63,974 nucleotides of DNA, filler included, from 7 parts of 7 records of this genome joined end to end with filler, not necessarily neighbours in it; one strand, 5' to 3'; positions 21,425-31,909 are shown, counted from the first letter of the whole stretch. Notes: generated by a model not told the origin, from the sequence alone. Translations and numbers: made by a program.

Positions 21425-22595
21425 AGCAAATATCCTGGTGCAGGGTGCTGCCAATGTAAACTGCCCGGTTGTTGTGCAATATGTTGGTGTCGACCGTTTC
21501 AGTGAAGATGCAGGCCATCTATTTATCCGTGATGAAGAAAACGGACTGCCCGAAGCCAACGAACCCATCGATTTTGACATGGCGCCATTTATAACGGATG
21601 GCCTTGGACCCAATGGAAACTGGATTTCCTATTACAACTTTGATGTGATGCCTACTTTGCCGGCTCCCATTTATGTACTCTTCCGCGAAGGTGAAGAAAC
21701 CCCGGTTGAAGGACAAATGAATATCATCGACGTCATTCCCGGCGATGAAGGTTACAATGATTTCTGGCGGGTACATAAAGTTACTGTTCCTTCTAATTAT
21801 ATGGCCAATACAGCCACAAGCTATGATCAGATCATGATGACCGGTTATACCATCGAATCAACCCCTACACTCGTAAACTGCCCAGTTGTTCCTGAAGGCT
21901 CAACGGCCACATTGCGTTATGATGAAGGGAGTACAGGCCTCACAATGGGCTGGTACAAAGGTGAAATCGTTTACTACTTTAATTTTGTGGAGCATCCACT
22001 CACAACTGATGAAATGGGCATGGTTCCGTTGTCACCTATTTATGTTTCGTTCAACATCAACCCGGGTGAACCGGGTGGTGGCCCTCCCTCCGGATTTATG
22101 GCCGAACCGGAAACCGGCAGAACTCACAATGTAACTGCCACTTTGCCTGAAGATGATGCATATTCCCCATTCTGGATGGTAAACATTTACGACAACGCAG
22201 ACTTTTGGAATGTTACAAATCTGGCTACTGCAATTGAGGCCAATCTCCTGGTATCAGGAGCTGCAAATGTAAACTGCCCGGTGGTTAAATTCGACGAAGC
22301 TTCCGCGATAGGTCAACCAGGTGATGAAATAAAACCGATCGCACTGGAACAAAACTTCCCGAATCCGTTCAGGTATTCCACCAGTATCAATTTTTCGGTG
22401 GATCAAAGCGGACTAATTACACTCCGGATATTCGACCTGCATGGAAAACAAATTGCAGAACTGCTCAATCGCAGGATGTTGCCGGGTGAATACACATTAC
22501 AGTGGAATGCACAGGATCAGGCCGAGGGTATTTATTTCTATACTGTTCAGGCTGGAAGTTTTCTGGAAACCAGGAAAATGACCCTGCTTAAATAA
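21425..22595 (+). CDS. T9SS type A cargo protein with NCPVV-ending internal repeats, 5' truncated
   Basis: C-terminal QNFPNPF...IFDLHGK...GIYF...KMTLLK sorting domain; three VNCPVV motifs. Confidence 0.85.
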
Positions 22596-22635
22596 ACCTT
22601 CCTGCACCTCCTTATAAATCTCTTTTTAATGCAGG

Positions 22636-22671
22636 AAAGCCTCTGGATCCCAATCGGGACCAGAGGCTTTT
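22636..22671 (+). terminator. Intrinsic terminator
   Basis: AAAGCCTCTGG...CCAGAGGCTTTT. Confidence 0.75.
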
Positions 22672-22996
22672 ATAATTCAGGATATACTAAATGGGCCATT
22701 AATAAAGAACCTGACGCAGCATTTGCAATAAAAAAACCCACCCCCTTCAATTCTGCCCCTTATACAAGCCAGTTAATTTAAATCCAGCAGCTGATGTTTC
22801 CATATTCTTTTACCGGACCATTGCTAAATCACCCATTGTAATTAAATTCAATGTTATGTTGAAGACATCGAAAAACAGGAAGATGGCTCGTTTCAATTAC
22901 ACCTGAATTACCCTTGAGCCCGCCGGTTAGATCCTTCACAATTTTTATATCTAAATCAGGTTAGTAATTGAATTTTAAGTTTGACAAGATAAAGCT

Positions 22997-23596
22997 ATGA
23001 CATTTCACAAAGTTGATTCAGCCACTAAAAACAAAATTAGATTATTGATTTGTATGGTTTTTGGATTCCTGGTTTCATGCAATCAGAAAGATCATGAATC
23101 AACATATACAAGGTACATCAACAGTTTTAATCATGCTGGATTTGAAAGTATTTCGGGTATTTTAGCAGATACTATTATTCTAAAAGACATTGAAGATTAT
23201 GAAGTAAGATATGCAAGAAAAGATTTCAAAATATACTACCAATGGGATTCCGTTTTCAAACCGGAAATAATAATCAATGCATGCACAGCAACTGATTCAA
23301 CAGTTGATGTTACGCTGTCCGTATCTTCGCAACGTTTAGAATTCCTGGAAAATAGTCCTTTGAAAATAAAAAAAAGGATTTGTTTTGAAAATGGAAAAAT
23401 TAAAACGATTGAGAATTTAAAATACTTAAATGTGAACTGGGAAATTTGGACAAGAAAACGTGATTCGCTGGTAAATTGGATAGATTCAAATCATACGGAT
23501 TTGACAGGGTTTATTTATGATCTTTCCCCAGATGGTGCACAAAAATACATGGAAGCCATAAAATTGTTCAATCAGGCAAATGGCCTGGAGCCCTAA
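22997..23596 (+). CDS. Hypothetical lipoprotein (possibly NTF2-like)
   Basis: LVSC lipobox; 199-aa ORF. Confidence 0.65.
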   Translation: MTFHKVDSATKNKIRLLICMVFGFLVSCNQKDHESTYTRYINSFNHAGFESISGILADTIILKDIEDYEVRYARKDFKIYYQWDSVFKPEIIINACTATDSTVDVTLSVSSQRLEFLENSPLKIKKRICFENGKIKTIENLKYLNVNWEIWTRKRDSLVNWIDSNHTDLTGFIYDLSPDGAQKYMEAIKLFNQANGLEP

Positions 23597-23764
23597 AAGA
23601 GCGAAAGAGAAACCTGCCATTGGCCGATCCCACGAAACAGACCTCCCAAAAGGATTTGGCTGGATAACCCGAAAAAATTCGCTTTTGCATTTTAAACCAT
23701 CTAATCAACTTTTCGTTTATTCTTAAAAGAAAAACACCTTAACTGCATGTTATAAAATTCACCT

Positions 23765-24226
23765 ATGATGCAAAAATTTCAAGTTAAAATAGCCATAAAT
23801 GCACCGGTTAACAAGGTTTACCGGACAATGCTTGGGTTGGATGATATCAAAACTTACGAAACCTGGACCCTGACCTTTAACCCAACCTCAACCTATAGAG
23901 GCACCTGGCAGAAGGATTCAAAAATGTACTTCATCGGCACTGCCGAAAATGGTAAACAGGGCGGAATGGTATCAATCGTCGAGGAGCACATTCCCAACCG
24001 GTTTGTTTCATTGCGCCATGTTGCAGCTTTGGAAGGAGACAAAGAAATAACTGAAGGAGCCGGGATTGAAACATGGGCCGGCGGCCATGAGAACTATACT
24101 TTTGAAGAAAAAAATGGCGTAACCACCGTAACTGTTGAAACAGATACACCGGAAGAGTTCCAGGATTATTTTAATGAAACCTGGCCCAAGGCACTAAAAA
24201 AGCTTAAAACACTTGCTGAAAAATGA
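23765..24226 (+). CDS. SRPBCC/AHSA1-like domain protein
   Basis: INAPVNKVY N-terminus and WPKALKKLKTLAE C-terminal helix. Confidence 0.85.
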   Translation: MMQKFQVKIAINAPVNKVYRTMLGLDDIKTYETWTLTFNPTSTYRGTWQKDSKMYFIGTAENGKQGGMVSIVEEHIPNRFVSLRHVAALEGDKEITEGAGIETWAGGHENYTFEEKNGVTTVTVETDTPEEFQDYFNETWPKALKKLKTLAEK

Positions 24227-24438
24227 CTATTCGTCTGGTGAAAAACAGCATCGAATGTGGTAGCACATTTTACGAGGATAGTTCTGAGATGACAGAACTC
24301 TGTCCCGAATGCACTCGTAAGTTATATGAATTTCCGAAGTGTGAACATAAGTTTAATAATGGTAGGTGCATCAAATGTTTTTGGGATGGTAGCAGTTCCG
24401 ATTTCCTTAATGCTCAGAAAAATAACCTCCATGAATAA
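24223..24438 (+). CDS. Small Cys-rich hypothetical protein
   Basis: ATGA overlap with the upstream gene; CPEC, CEH and CIKC motifs. Confidence 0.6.
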   Translation: MTIRLVKNSIECGSTFYEDSSEMTELCPECTRKLYEFPKCEHKFNNGRCIKCFWDGSSSDFLNAQKNNLHE

Positions 24439-25531
24439 GACAATTCATTCACAATTTCCATCAAAAATCCTGATAATTTTCGTTTTGACCTTTTCCACAT
24501 CCTGCCAGTGGAAAACACAAAACGACTCATCTCAACAACAAACCGAAAAGGCCAATCAGCAGGATCCTGTATGGGTAGATCCGCTGTTTGAGATTGAAGG
24601 ACAACTTTGCCAGCATCTGCGCGTGATTTACCAGGACAAGCGCGGAGACCTCTGGTTTGGCACCAACGTTTATGGCCTGATCCGCTATAATGGTGATACC
24701 CTGGAATACTTCGACAGAAACAATGGATTTGCTGCTGGGCGTGTAACCGGAATTACGGAAGATAAAAACGGAACATTATGGATCGCATCTGCCAACGGAC
24801 TTACAAAATGGGATGGGAAAACTTTTACCACTCTGAATGAAGAGAATGGTTTAGGCAACAGCGAAATCTGGAGCATGACAATCGATCGGAACGGCCTCTT
24901 CTGGCTGGGGACAAACGAAGGCGTCTTCCAATTTGATGGCAGCAACTTTATGAACTTCCCCATCTCAAAACCGGCGGTGGCTGACACAAATACCATGATT
25001 TCCTACAACAGGGTAGCTGCAATCCTTGAAGACCGTCAGGGCAGAATGTGGTTTGGCACCGATGGATTTGGAATAACAAGGTTCAACAACAATGATACAT
25101 CAAACAATCCTGAAAAAAGATTTTCGCATTTCACAACTTTCAATGGGCTGCCTGACAATAATGTTGCCGATATATTTGAAGATAAGAACGGCAACATCTG
25201 GATCGGGACCATGTTTGGTTGTGTCAGCCGGTATGATGGAAAAACTTTCCATAACCTGAACCAGGACGGAACCCTGGAAGGCACAGAAGGCTACGGATTT
25301 TACGAAGATAAAAACGGTGATCTTTGGTTTGCAGTTGAGCACCAGGGTGTGTATAAGTACGATGGCAAAACCTATACCAGTTATAATGAACAGGATGGCC
25401 TGACCACCGGAGGTGTGATCTGCATTTACGAAGACCGGGATGAGCGATTTTGGCTGGGAGGCTGGCTGGGACTTTTCAGGTTTGATGGGGAGCAATTTTT
25501 TCCCGTTACAAAAAACGGTCCCTGGAAATGA
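24431..25531 (+). CDS. Lipoprotein with two-component-regulator beta-propeller repeats, no kinase domain
   Basis: Repeated EDKNGxxWxGT blades; STSC lipobox after ATG 24431. Confidence 0.85.
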   Translation: MNKTIHSQFPSKILIIFVLTFSTSCQWKTQNDSSQQQTEKANQQDPVWVDPLFEIEGQLCQHLRVIYQDKRGDLWFGTNVYGLIRYNGDTLEYFDRNNGFAAGRVTGITEDKNGTLWIASANGLTKWDGKTFTTLNEENGLGNSEIWSMTIDRNGLFWLGTNEGVFQFDGSNFMNFPISKPAVADTNTMISYNRVAAILEDRQGRMWFGTDGFGITRFNNNDTSNNPEKRFSHFTTFNGLPDNNVADIFEDKNGNIWIGTMFGCVSRYDGKTFHNLNQDGTLEGTEGYGFYEDKNGDLWFAVEHQGVYKYDGKTYTSYNEQDGLTTGGVICIYEDRDERFWLGGWLGLFRFDGEQFFPVTKNGPWK

Positions 25532-25722
25532 TTTAATCTCGTATTTTCAAAGAAATATTCTTTTCTTTGGAATATAAACGATCAACCATATCTGGTTGAG
25601 GAAAAACCTTAGCAGCCCACCATCCAAAACAATTATTATGCTGTATCCTTCACCATACCTGATGGAAGGGTTCCCAACCTGAAATCCTCCAGACCTTTAA
25701 CATTTCAGAATGCAATTTAAGG

Positions 25723-26868
25723 TTAAAACGGATCAGCATAATCCGGATTGTTCATGAAAGTTTCATCGGTTAGTGTCTTTAAAAACGCGATGATATCGGC
25801 TTTATCCTGTTCGGTTAATCCCAAACCCGGGTCCAGGTTATACTGCATAATTTCATCAATGGTTGATGATTCCTTCACCCCGGTATCATAATGATCGAGT
25901 ACTTCTTCCAGCGTTTCAAAACGACCATCATGCATGTATGGTGGAGTAACCGCAATATTGCGCAGTGAGGGGACCTTAAACCTGGCCATATCCCCAGGCA
26001 GACCGGTGGTTGCAAAATAGCCTTCATCTTCAAATTGGGCATCTGTATCCAGGCCATTGTTCATGTATTTGTTATTGGTGAAATTGATGCCGGCATGACA
26101 GTGAAAACATTCCCCACCCTTCTGTGTGCCATTGGGATCAAACTCGGTAAAGAAAAGATCGTAACCTCTTTGTTCACTTTCTGTAAACGTATATTCACCC
26201 TGCAAAAACCGGTCAAACCTTGAATCGTTCGAAATTATGGTCAGCATGAAGGCCTCAAGCGCCAGCGCCAGTTTTTCATCGGTAATTTCCGGATCTTCAA
26301 AAGCACGGGCAAACTGGAACCTGTAATCTTTTTCATCTTTCAGTTTAACGATCACATTATCCAGGGTTTCATTCATTTCCAGCGGATCCTGTATTGGCAT
26401 CAGAGCCTGATCCCGAAGATGTTCGGCACGGCCGTCCCAGAAAAAACCGTTGGTATGCCATGCCATGTTAAACACTGCCATTGCCTGCCTTTTACCTGGG
26501 AGTTCATCCACGCCAAGACTAAACCTTCTGACGTCACTAAATCCATCCAACTGCAGGTGGCAATCGGCGCAACTTTGCTTCTCCCCTTTCGATAATATGG
26601 GATCATAAAAAAGCATTTTTCCCAGTTTCACCTTTTCAGCAGTGAGTGGGTTATCCTCAGGAAGGCTGGGTGGAGGCAGGATACCATAATCCAAAGTATA
26701 TGAGGTAGAATCGTAATCCGGCAACACTTCGGGTTCCGGTTCCGGCTCTTCAACCTCCACATCTCCGGCAGTATCCGATTCTTTGTTGCAGGCAACAACA
26801 ATAGCCAGCAAAATAAAAATAAACGCAATATTCCTGAGGTTGAGTAAACTATGGTCTGAATTTTTCAT
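25723..26868 (-). CDS. Diheme cytochrome c peroxidase family lipoprotein (MbnH/MauG-like), copy 2
   Basis: CADCH and CFHCH heme motifs, FFWDGR, FKVPSLRN, PYMHDG; VAC lipobox. Confidence 0.9.
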   Translation of the reverse strand: MKNSDHSLLNLRNIAFIFILLAIVVACNKESDTAGDVEVEEPEPEPEVLPDYDSTSYTLDYGILPPPSLPEDNPLTAEKVKLGKMLFYDPILSKGEKQSCADCHLQLDGFSDVRRFSLGVDELPGKRQAMAVFNMAWHTNGFFWDGRAEHLRDQALMPIQDPLEMNETLDNVIVKLKDEKDYRFQFARAFEDPEITDEKLALALEAFMLTIISNDSRFDRFLQGEYTFTESEQRGYDLFFTEFDPNGTQKGGECFHCHAGINFTNNKYMNNGLDTDAQFEDEGYFATTGLPGDMARFKVPSLRNIAVTPPYMHDGRFETLEEVLDHYDTGVKESSTIDEIMQYNLDPGLGLTEQDKADIIAFLKTLTDETFMNNPDYADPF

Positions 26869-27868
26869 TGTTAACGAAGTTTTCATCGGTGAGTGTTTTT
26901 AAAAATGCAAGCAAGGCCTGCTTTTCCTGGTTTGATAGACTCATTGGCCTGATTAATGGGCTTTTATTAGCGTGCTGTTTTCCACCGGTGTTGTAATGGT
27001 CAATCACTTCCTCAAGTTTGCTGATTGAACCATCATGCATGTAAGGGCCGGTAAGTTCAACATTCCTGAGTGATGGTACCTTAAAAACAGCACGATCACT
27101 TTCTTCGCCGGTCAACCGAAATCGGCCGGAATCATCATATTCAGCATACAACCCATTATTGGTGAAGCCATAATTGGTAAAATTGAATCCGCTGTGACAA
27201 CTTGCACAATTTGTTCTGGAACTTTCAAATAGTGTCAGTCCTTCATTTTCCAGTTCAGAAAAATTTGCTGTCCCGTTAAGGTATTGATCGTACTTGCTGT
27301 TGCCACTGATCAAGGACCGCTCGAAGGTGGCAATAGCACGCGGAATCACGTAATAATCAATCTCCCGTCCGTAGGCCTGTTCGGAAAGTTCCTGATAAAC
27401 GCTGTCGGAAGAGAGCAATTCAGCAATTTCCAAAATATTCGAATTGAACTCAGTGTGTTCCTGCACAGGCACCAGCACCTGCATCTCCAGTGTGGGCACA
27501 CCGCCTTCCCTGGTGAAATAGGGATGATAGCCCACATTGGCCAGGCTTGGGGCATTGCGTGTTCCGGACAACTGATCGAACCCACGGCTAAAAGCCACTG
27601 TATCGCTGAAAGCTTTCTGTGGATGGTGGCATGATGCACAGCTCACCTTCCGGTCATTGGAAAGCCGCACATCGTAAAACAGCCGCTTACCCAGTTCCCA
27701 TGCCGCTTCCGAAAACGGGTTATCTTCGGGGAAAGCAGGCTCTGGAAATCCCGCAGGAACCAGCAGCAAGGGTTCTGCTTCCTTTGGAGATGGAACTTCG
27801 GTTTCCGCTTTTTGACAAGCTATCCCAATAAAAACCAGCAAAAAAAGATATGTGATTTTGTTGTGCAA
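26849..27868 (-). CDS. Diheme cytochrome c peroxidase family lipoprotein (MbnH/MauG-like), copy 1
   Basis: Two CASCH motifs, RNAPSL, FKVPSLRN, PYMHDG; IAC lipobox. Confidence 0.9.
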   Translation of the reverse strand: MHNKITYLFLLVFIGIACQKAETEVPSPKEAEPLLLVPAGFPEPAFPEDNPFSEAAWELGKRLFYDVRLSNDRKVSCASCHHPQKAFSDTVAFSRGFDQLSGTRNAPSLANVGYHPYFTREGGVPTLEMQVLVPVQEHTEFNSNILEIAELLSSDSVYQELSEQAYGREIDYYVIPRAIATFERSLISGNSKYDQYLNGTANFSELENEGLTLFESSRTNCASCHSGFNFTNYGFTNNGLYAEYDDSGRFRLTGEESDRAVFKVPSLRNVELTGPYMHDGSISKLEEVIDHYNTGGKQHANKSPLIRPMSLSNQEKQALLAFLKTLTDENFVNNEKFRP

Positions 27869-27878
27869 TTACAATCTG

Positions 27879-28838
27879 TTATTGGGCTACAACAAGTTTT
27901 TCTGATTGAACCAACTGCCCGTTATGCCAAAGCTGAACAAAATAGATACCCGCCTCGCCGAAACTAAGCTGTTGTTTGTGGGCTCCCTGAATCGGCTTGG
28001 AAACGATTTGCCTGCCTGTCATATCTGTAACTGTAAGATGTCCTGATGAAGATTGCGGCCAAACTAAGCTTATGGAAGCTTTACCCGAATAAGTTGGATT
28101 GGGGTATGCCTGAAAGGATTGTTTACCTGCTTCAGAAATTCCAGTAAAAAGAATTTGTGAAAAAACATTATCGGAAAAATTATGGAGCAATGTTTCAGCA
28201 GCACCAACCTCACTATGTTCAATCAATCCGGTAGAAACATCAATGCCCTGATACATGCCCATGTAATCGGCCTGCAATGCAATCACCAGGTCGTCACCTT
28301 CCCAAACTGCGCTTGTAGCCACCGAAGACTGCATGTAGTTGGCATCGCCAAGTGCGTGGATCTGGTAAACAAAAAGCAAACCAATACCTGTGAACCCTTC
28401 AAGGCAAACAAACCGGTATCCTGAGGCCCACCCCCAGTGCATAGACGGGTTTTGCGGTGCCAGCGGATGACCACTGGGATAAGTTGTCGGGTCAAGGTGA
28501 TTGTGCTCCGGATCAACGCCGATATGGAAGGTAATCCCCTCAACATCTGTAATATTATGACTGCCCAACGCATAATCCATTTGGTTTTTGGCATCAACCA
28601 GCAACCAGGTTTCCTCGATTTCAGTTACCTGCCCGCCATCATGCTGGATGGCAATTTCTGAAATATAATACTCCAGGCGCGTAATATTGAAATCATAACC
28701 TAAATCAGGTTCTGAATATTCCTGGTTAAACTGTAGGGGTTCACCATTCATGGTGTGCTCCAACCGCAGCAGTACGTTGGTCTGAGCAAAAAATGTTAAT
28801 GAAAAAAGTACAAGTGTAAGTGTAAAGATTTGTCGCAT
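27879..28838 (-). CDS. mbnP: MbnP family copper-binding protein with a T9SS C-terminal domain
   Basis: LEYYISEI, GITFHIGVD and MHWGWASGYRF (WxW motif); C-terminal YPNP...GIYFVQL...KLVV. Confidence 0.82.
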   Translation of the reverse strand: MRQIFTLTLVLFSLTFFAQTNVLLRLEHTMNGEPLQFNQEYSEPDLGYDFNITRLEYYISEIAIQHDGGQVTEIEETWLLVDAKNQMDYALGSHNITDVEGITFHIGVDPEHNHLDPTTYPSGHPLAPQNPSMHWGWASGYRFVCLEGFTGIGLLFVYQIHALGDANYMQSSVATSAVWEGDDLVIALQADYMGMYQGIDVSTGLIEHSEVGAAETLLHNFSDNVFSQILFTGISEAGKQSFQAYPNPTYSGKASISLVWPQSSSGHLTVTDMTGRQIVSKPIQGAHKQQLSFGEAGIYFVQLWHNGQLVQSEKLVVAQ

Positions 28839-29255
28839 AATATTCGATTTTAATGTTAAGGTGGCTAAATTACTATGGCAATGGTCACATGCAAAATATC
28901 AGCATGTTAAAAAACTGTTAATGTATTGAATAAGTGATTTTTCCTGAAGAAGTCACAAATGGATTTTGCTTGAAAAAGGAATTTTTTCAGATTTAAACCT
29001 GATAGGAATTTTCATATTTCCCTGAGTTAGAAAGCTCGAGAAACATCCATGGATTAAGGTAAAATAGAAAAGGGAATCATTTGCAATAATTGGTTAACCT
29101 CTTCATGTCATGTAGCATTTGCACTTTGCTTTTGCGAAAAAATGATTGTTATGAACATACTACCCTGAAAAATCTACTTTTGTCAGGAAAGATTATCAGT
29201 TGATCAGTAATTTGAAATTGCGAAACAGATTTACAATATTAGCCCTAATTCATCC

Positions 29256-30410
29256 ATGAATAAAAAGCAGATCGGGGAAACAGCATACCAATACATTTTA
29301 ATACTGCTAATCCTGGTAGCCATAGCATACCGAGGTGGGAGGGAATTCATCTTTCAGAAAAATGAGGTGGAAGTTACGGTGCGTTTAGAAGATTTGCAGG
29401 AGATTTTTCCTGCAGCGGCATATTATGAAGTGAACAAGTTTGGTGCATTTGATGCTTATGACAGCAAACGCGAAAAAATAGGGTCAGCGCTTCTTTCGTC
29501 CGACTATTCCCGGAAATATGGCTACAGTGGCATTGTTCCGCTGCTGATCGGCGTAGACGACAGCCTGACGATCACGAAAATAACCTTGTTGCCAAATAAT
29601 GAAACCTTCGACTATGTACGCGTCATTTACGAGGATGAATTCATAGGCAAATGGGAGGGTATAAGCCTGGAAGAAGCCGTGGATTACCGGGTGGATGCGG
29701 TTTCCGGCGCTACCCACACCAGCAAAGCGGTGATAGCCGGAGTAAGGCAAACGGCAGCTTCGGTTATGAAATCCGATGCAGCCGTTGGTGCAGATACAAC
29801 CCATTGGAGCACGGCTAAGGATTTGCTGTTTCTGGGTTTGATGCTGCTGTCGCTGGTGATCGCTTACAAGAAAGGCATGGCGAAATACCGCACCGTTTAT
29901 ATGTTTCTGGTACTGGTCATCATGGGGCTGATCATGAATAATGCACTTTCTGCACAGTTGCTGCACGGCTGGCTGCAGGACGGATTTTCATGGCGGGCCA
30001 ATTGGCAAAGTACGGTGATATTTATCCTGGCCCTGGCCATCTCATTTATCGGGAAGCGGAAATTTTACTGCAACTATCTCTGCCCGATGGGCGCATTGCA
30101 GGAGCTGACCAATCGCTTCACGCCTTTCAAAAAAAGAAACCTCCCCACACGATACAGGGGACTCACGGTAAGGGAAGTTTACCTGACGCTGATTGCCGGA
30201 GCATTGCTGCTGGGCTTTACACCCAAATTGTCATACCTGGAGCCTTTCATGTTCTTTTCGTTTCGCATCATCGGCACCGGGCTGATCATCTTCGGTTTAG
30301 CCGTTATCCTGATGTCGCTGTTTTTTAACAAACCCTGGTGTGCCGTTTGTCCTACAGGATGTTTCCTGGATACGGTATCCTATAAAAAAGTCAATAACAC
30401 TGCATCCTGA
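29256..30410 (+). CDS. FMN-binding domain fused to a NapH/NosR-like 4Fe-4S-binding membrane domain
   Basis: GYSGIVPLLIG, VDAVSGATHTS flavinylation motif, YCNYLCPMG, WCAVCPTG, several TM segments. Confidence 0.85.
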   Translation: MNKKQIGETAYQYILILLILVAIAYRGGREFIFQKNEVEVTVRLEDLQEIFPAAAYYEVNKFGAFDAYDSKREKIGSALLSSDYSRKYGYSGIVPLLIGVDDSLTITKITLLPNNETFDYVRVIYEDEFIGKWEGISLEEAVDYRVDAVSGATHTSKAVIAGVRQTAASVMKSDAAVGADTTHWSTAKDLLFLGLMLLSLVIAYKKGMAKYRTVYMFLVLVIMGLIMNNALSAQLLHGWLQDGFSWRANWQSTVIFILALAISFIGKRKFYCNYLCPMGALQELTNRFTPFKKRNLPTRYRGLTVREVYLTLIAGALLLGFTPKLSYLEPFMFFSFRIIGTGLIIFGLAVILMSLFFNKPWCAVCPTGCFLDTVSYKKVNNTAS

Positions 30411-30481
30411 AATCGTCAGCCTAAAAGAAGCAAACTACTTAACACCTTAACAAAAAATGCATAATATTCTATTTGCACTAT

Positions 30482-30556
30482 TGGAAGAATGGAAGGATGG
30501 AAGAATGGACCAGGCCCGTAGTCGACGGCCCAATATTCCAATATTCCAACTTTCCA
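30482..30556. repeat. Intergenic element of inverted 8-mer tandem repeats
   Basis: TGGAAGAA/TGGAAGGA/TGGAAGAA facing CCAATATT/CCAATATT/CCAACTTT. Confidence 0.55.
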
Positions 30557-30631
30557 TTTTTTATTCAGGTTTAAAGTTTTCAGAGAGTTAATCATTTATT
30601 TGTATCCGAATCACGTTAACATTATAGCAAC

Positions 30632-31909
30632 ATGCAAAAATCCAAATACTTAAATATTGTGCTTGCCATCGCCGTGCTGGTGCTGGTCTTTCAACTGGTC
30701 AATAAGAGTGAGCGCTCCGAAAAGCAAACCACAACGCGGGCCGCACCACCGGCGGATACGTCGTTGAAAAAATCAGATACTGCAATGAAACCATTTAAGA
30801 AGAAATCTCTGGGTGTGAGAAGTGAGGTTTACCCCAAACCTGCTTTTGTAATTGGGTCTTACGACGCAGCAGGCAAACCCAACATCATGACGGCTGCGTG
30901 GGCAGGCATTTGCAATTCCGATCCGCTCAGCATAGCGGTCTCCATGCGCCCTGCCACTTATTCCCATGGCAATGTAACGGAGTCGAAGGCCTTTACAGTA
31001 AATGTGCCCTCCTCCGAAATGGCCAAATATGTGGATTACGCAGGCCGGTTGTCGGGGAAAGATCTGGACAAGTTTAAGGAAACCGGGCTTACGCCTGTAA
31101 AAGGCGAATTTGTAAATGCACCTTACGTGAAAGAATTCCCCATTGTAATCGAATGTGAGCTAACCACCTTTCATGATCTCGGATCACACCGGCAATTCAT
31201 TGGAAAGGTAATAGATGTGAAAGTGGATGAGGCCGTGCTCGATGCCGAAGGCCGCGTGGACGTGAATTTGCTGAATCCACTGATTTATGGCGGCGGGAAA
31301 TACTTTGAAACCGGCAAGATGATTACGAAGGTAGGGGAATCGATAGACGAGATTGACGGCAAACCGTTTGTACCTGATTACAGCCGCAGGTATGCCAACG
31401 AAACTTTGGAAGTGATCCATAACCGGAAGAGTGTGCGTCATTTTACTGATCAGCCCGTTTCAAAAGCGCAAACAGAAACCCTGCTAAAGGCTGGCATGGC
31501 AGCACCTACCGCAGTCAACAGGCAACCCTGGGCTTTTTATGTGGTTACCCGGCGCAAAACCCTGGACGCTATGGCTGAGCAGTTGCCCTATGCTAAAATG
31601 CTGTCGCAGGTACAAACCGCTATTGTGGTTTGTGGAGACATGGAAAAGGCCGGCAACCTAAAAGATCAGGGCTACTGGGTGCAAGACTGTTCAGCAGCCA
31701 CAGAAAATATTTTGCTTGCCGCAGAAAGCCTGGGCCTGGGCGCGGTTTGGACGGCAGCATATCCTTACGAGGACAGAACCGCAGTGGTGACAAAAGCGCT
31801 CAACCTGCCGGAGCATCATGTGCCCTTGAATGTTATCCCCATCGGTTATCCCACCGGCGAAGACCTGCCCAAAAACAAGTGGAAGCCCGAAAATGTGCTT
31901 TGGAGATAG
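30632..31909 (+). CDS. Flavin reductase-like domain fused to a nitroreductase domain, with an N-terminal anchor
   Basis: GKPNIMTAAW...GSHRQFIG (flavoredoxin-like), then RKSVRHF, APTAVNRQPW, ESLGLGAVW. Confidence 0.87.
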   Translation: MQKSKYLNIVLAIAVLVLVFQLVNKSERSEKQTTTRAAPPADTSLKKSDTAMKPFKKKSLGVRSEVYPKPAFVIGSYDAAGKPNIMTAAWAGICNSDPLSIAVSMRPATYSHGNVTESKAFTVNVPSSEMAKYVDYAGRLSGKDLDKFKETGLTPVKGEFVNAPYVKEFPIVIECELTTFHDLGSHRQFIGKVIDVKVDEAVLDAEGRVDVNLLNPLIYGGGKYFETGKMITKVGESIDEIDGKPFVPDYSRRYANETLEVIHNRKSVRHFTDQPVSKAQTETLLKAGMAAPTAVNRQPWAFYVVTRRKTLDAMAEQLPYAKMLSQVQTAIVVCGDMEKAGNLKDQGYWVQDCSAATENILLAAESLGLGAVWTAAYPYEDRTAVVTKALNLPEHHVPLNVIPIGYPTGEDLPKNKWKPENVLWR

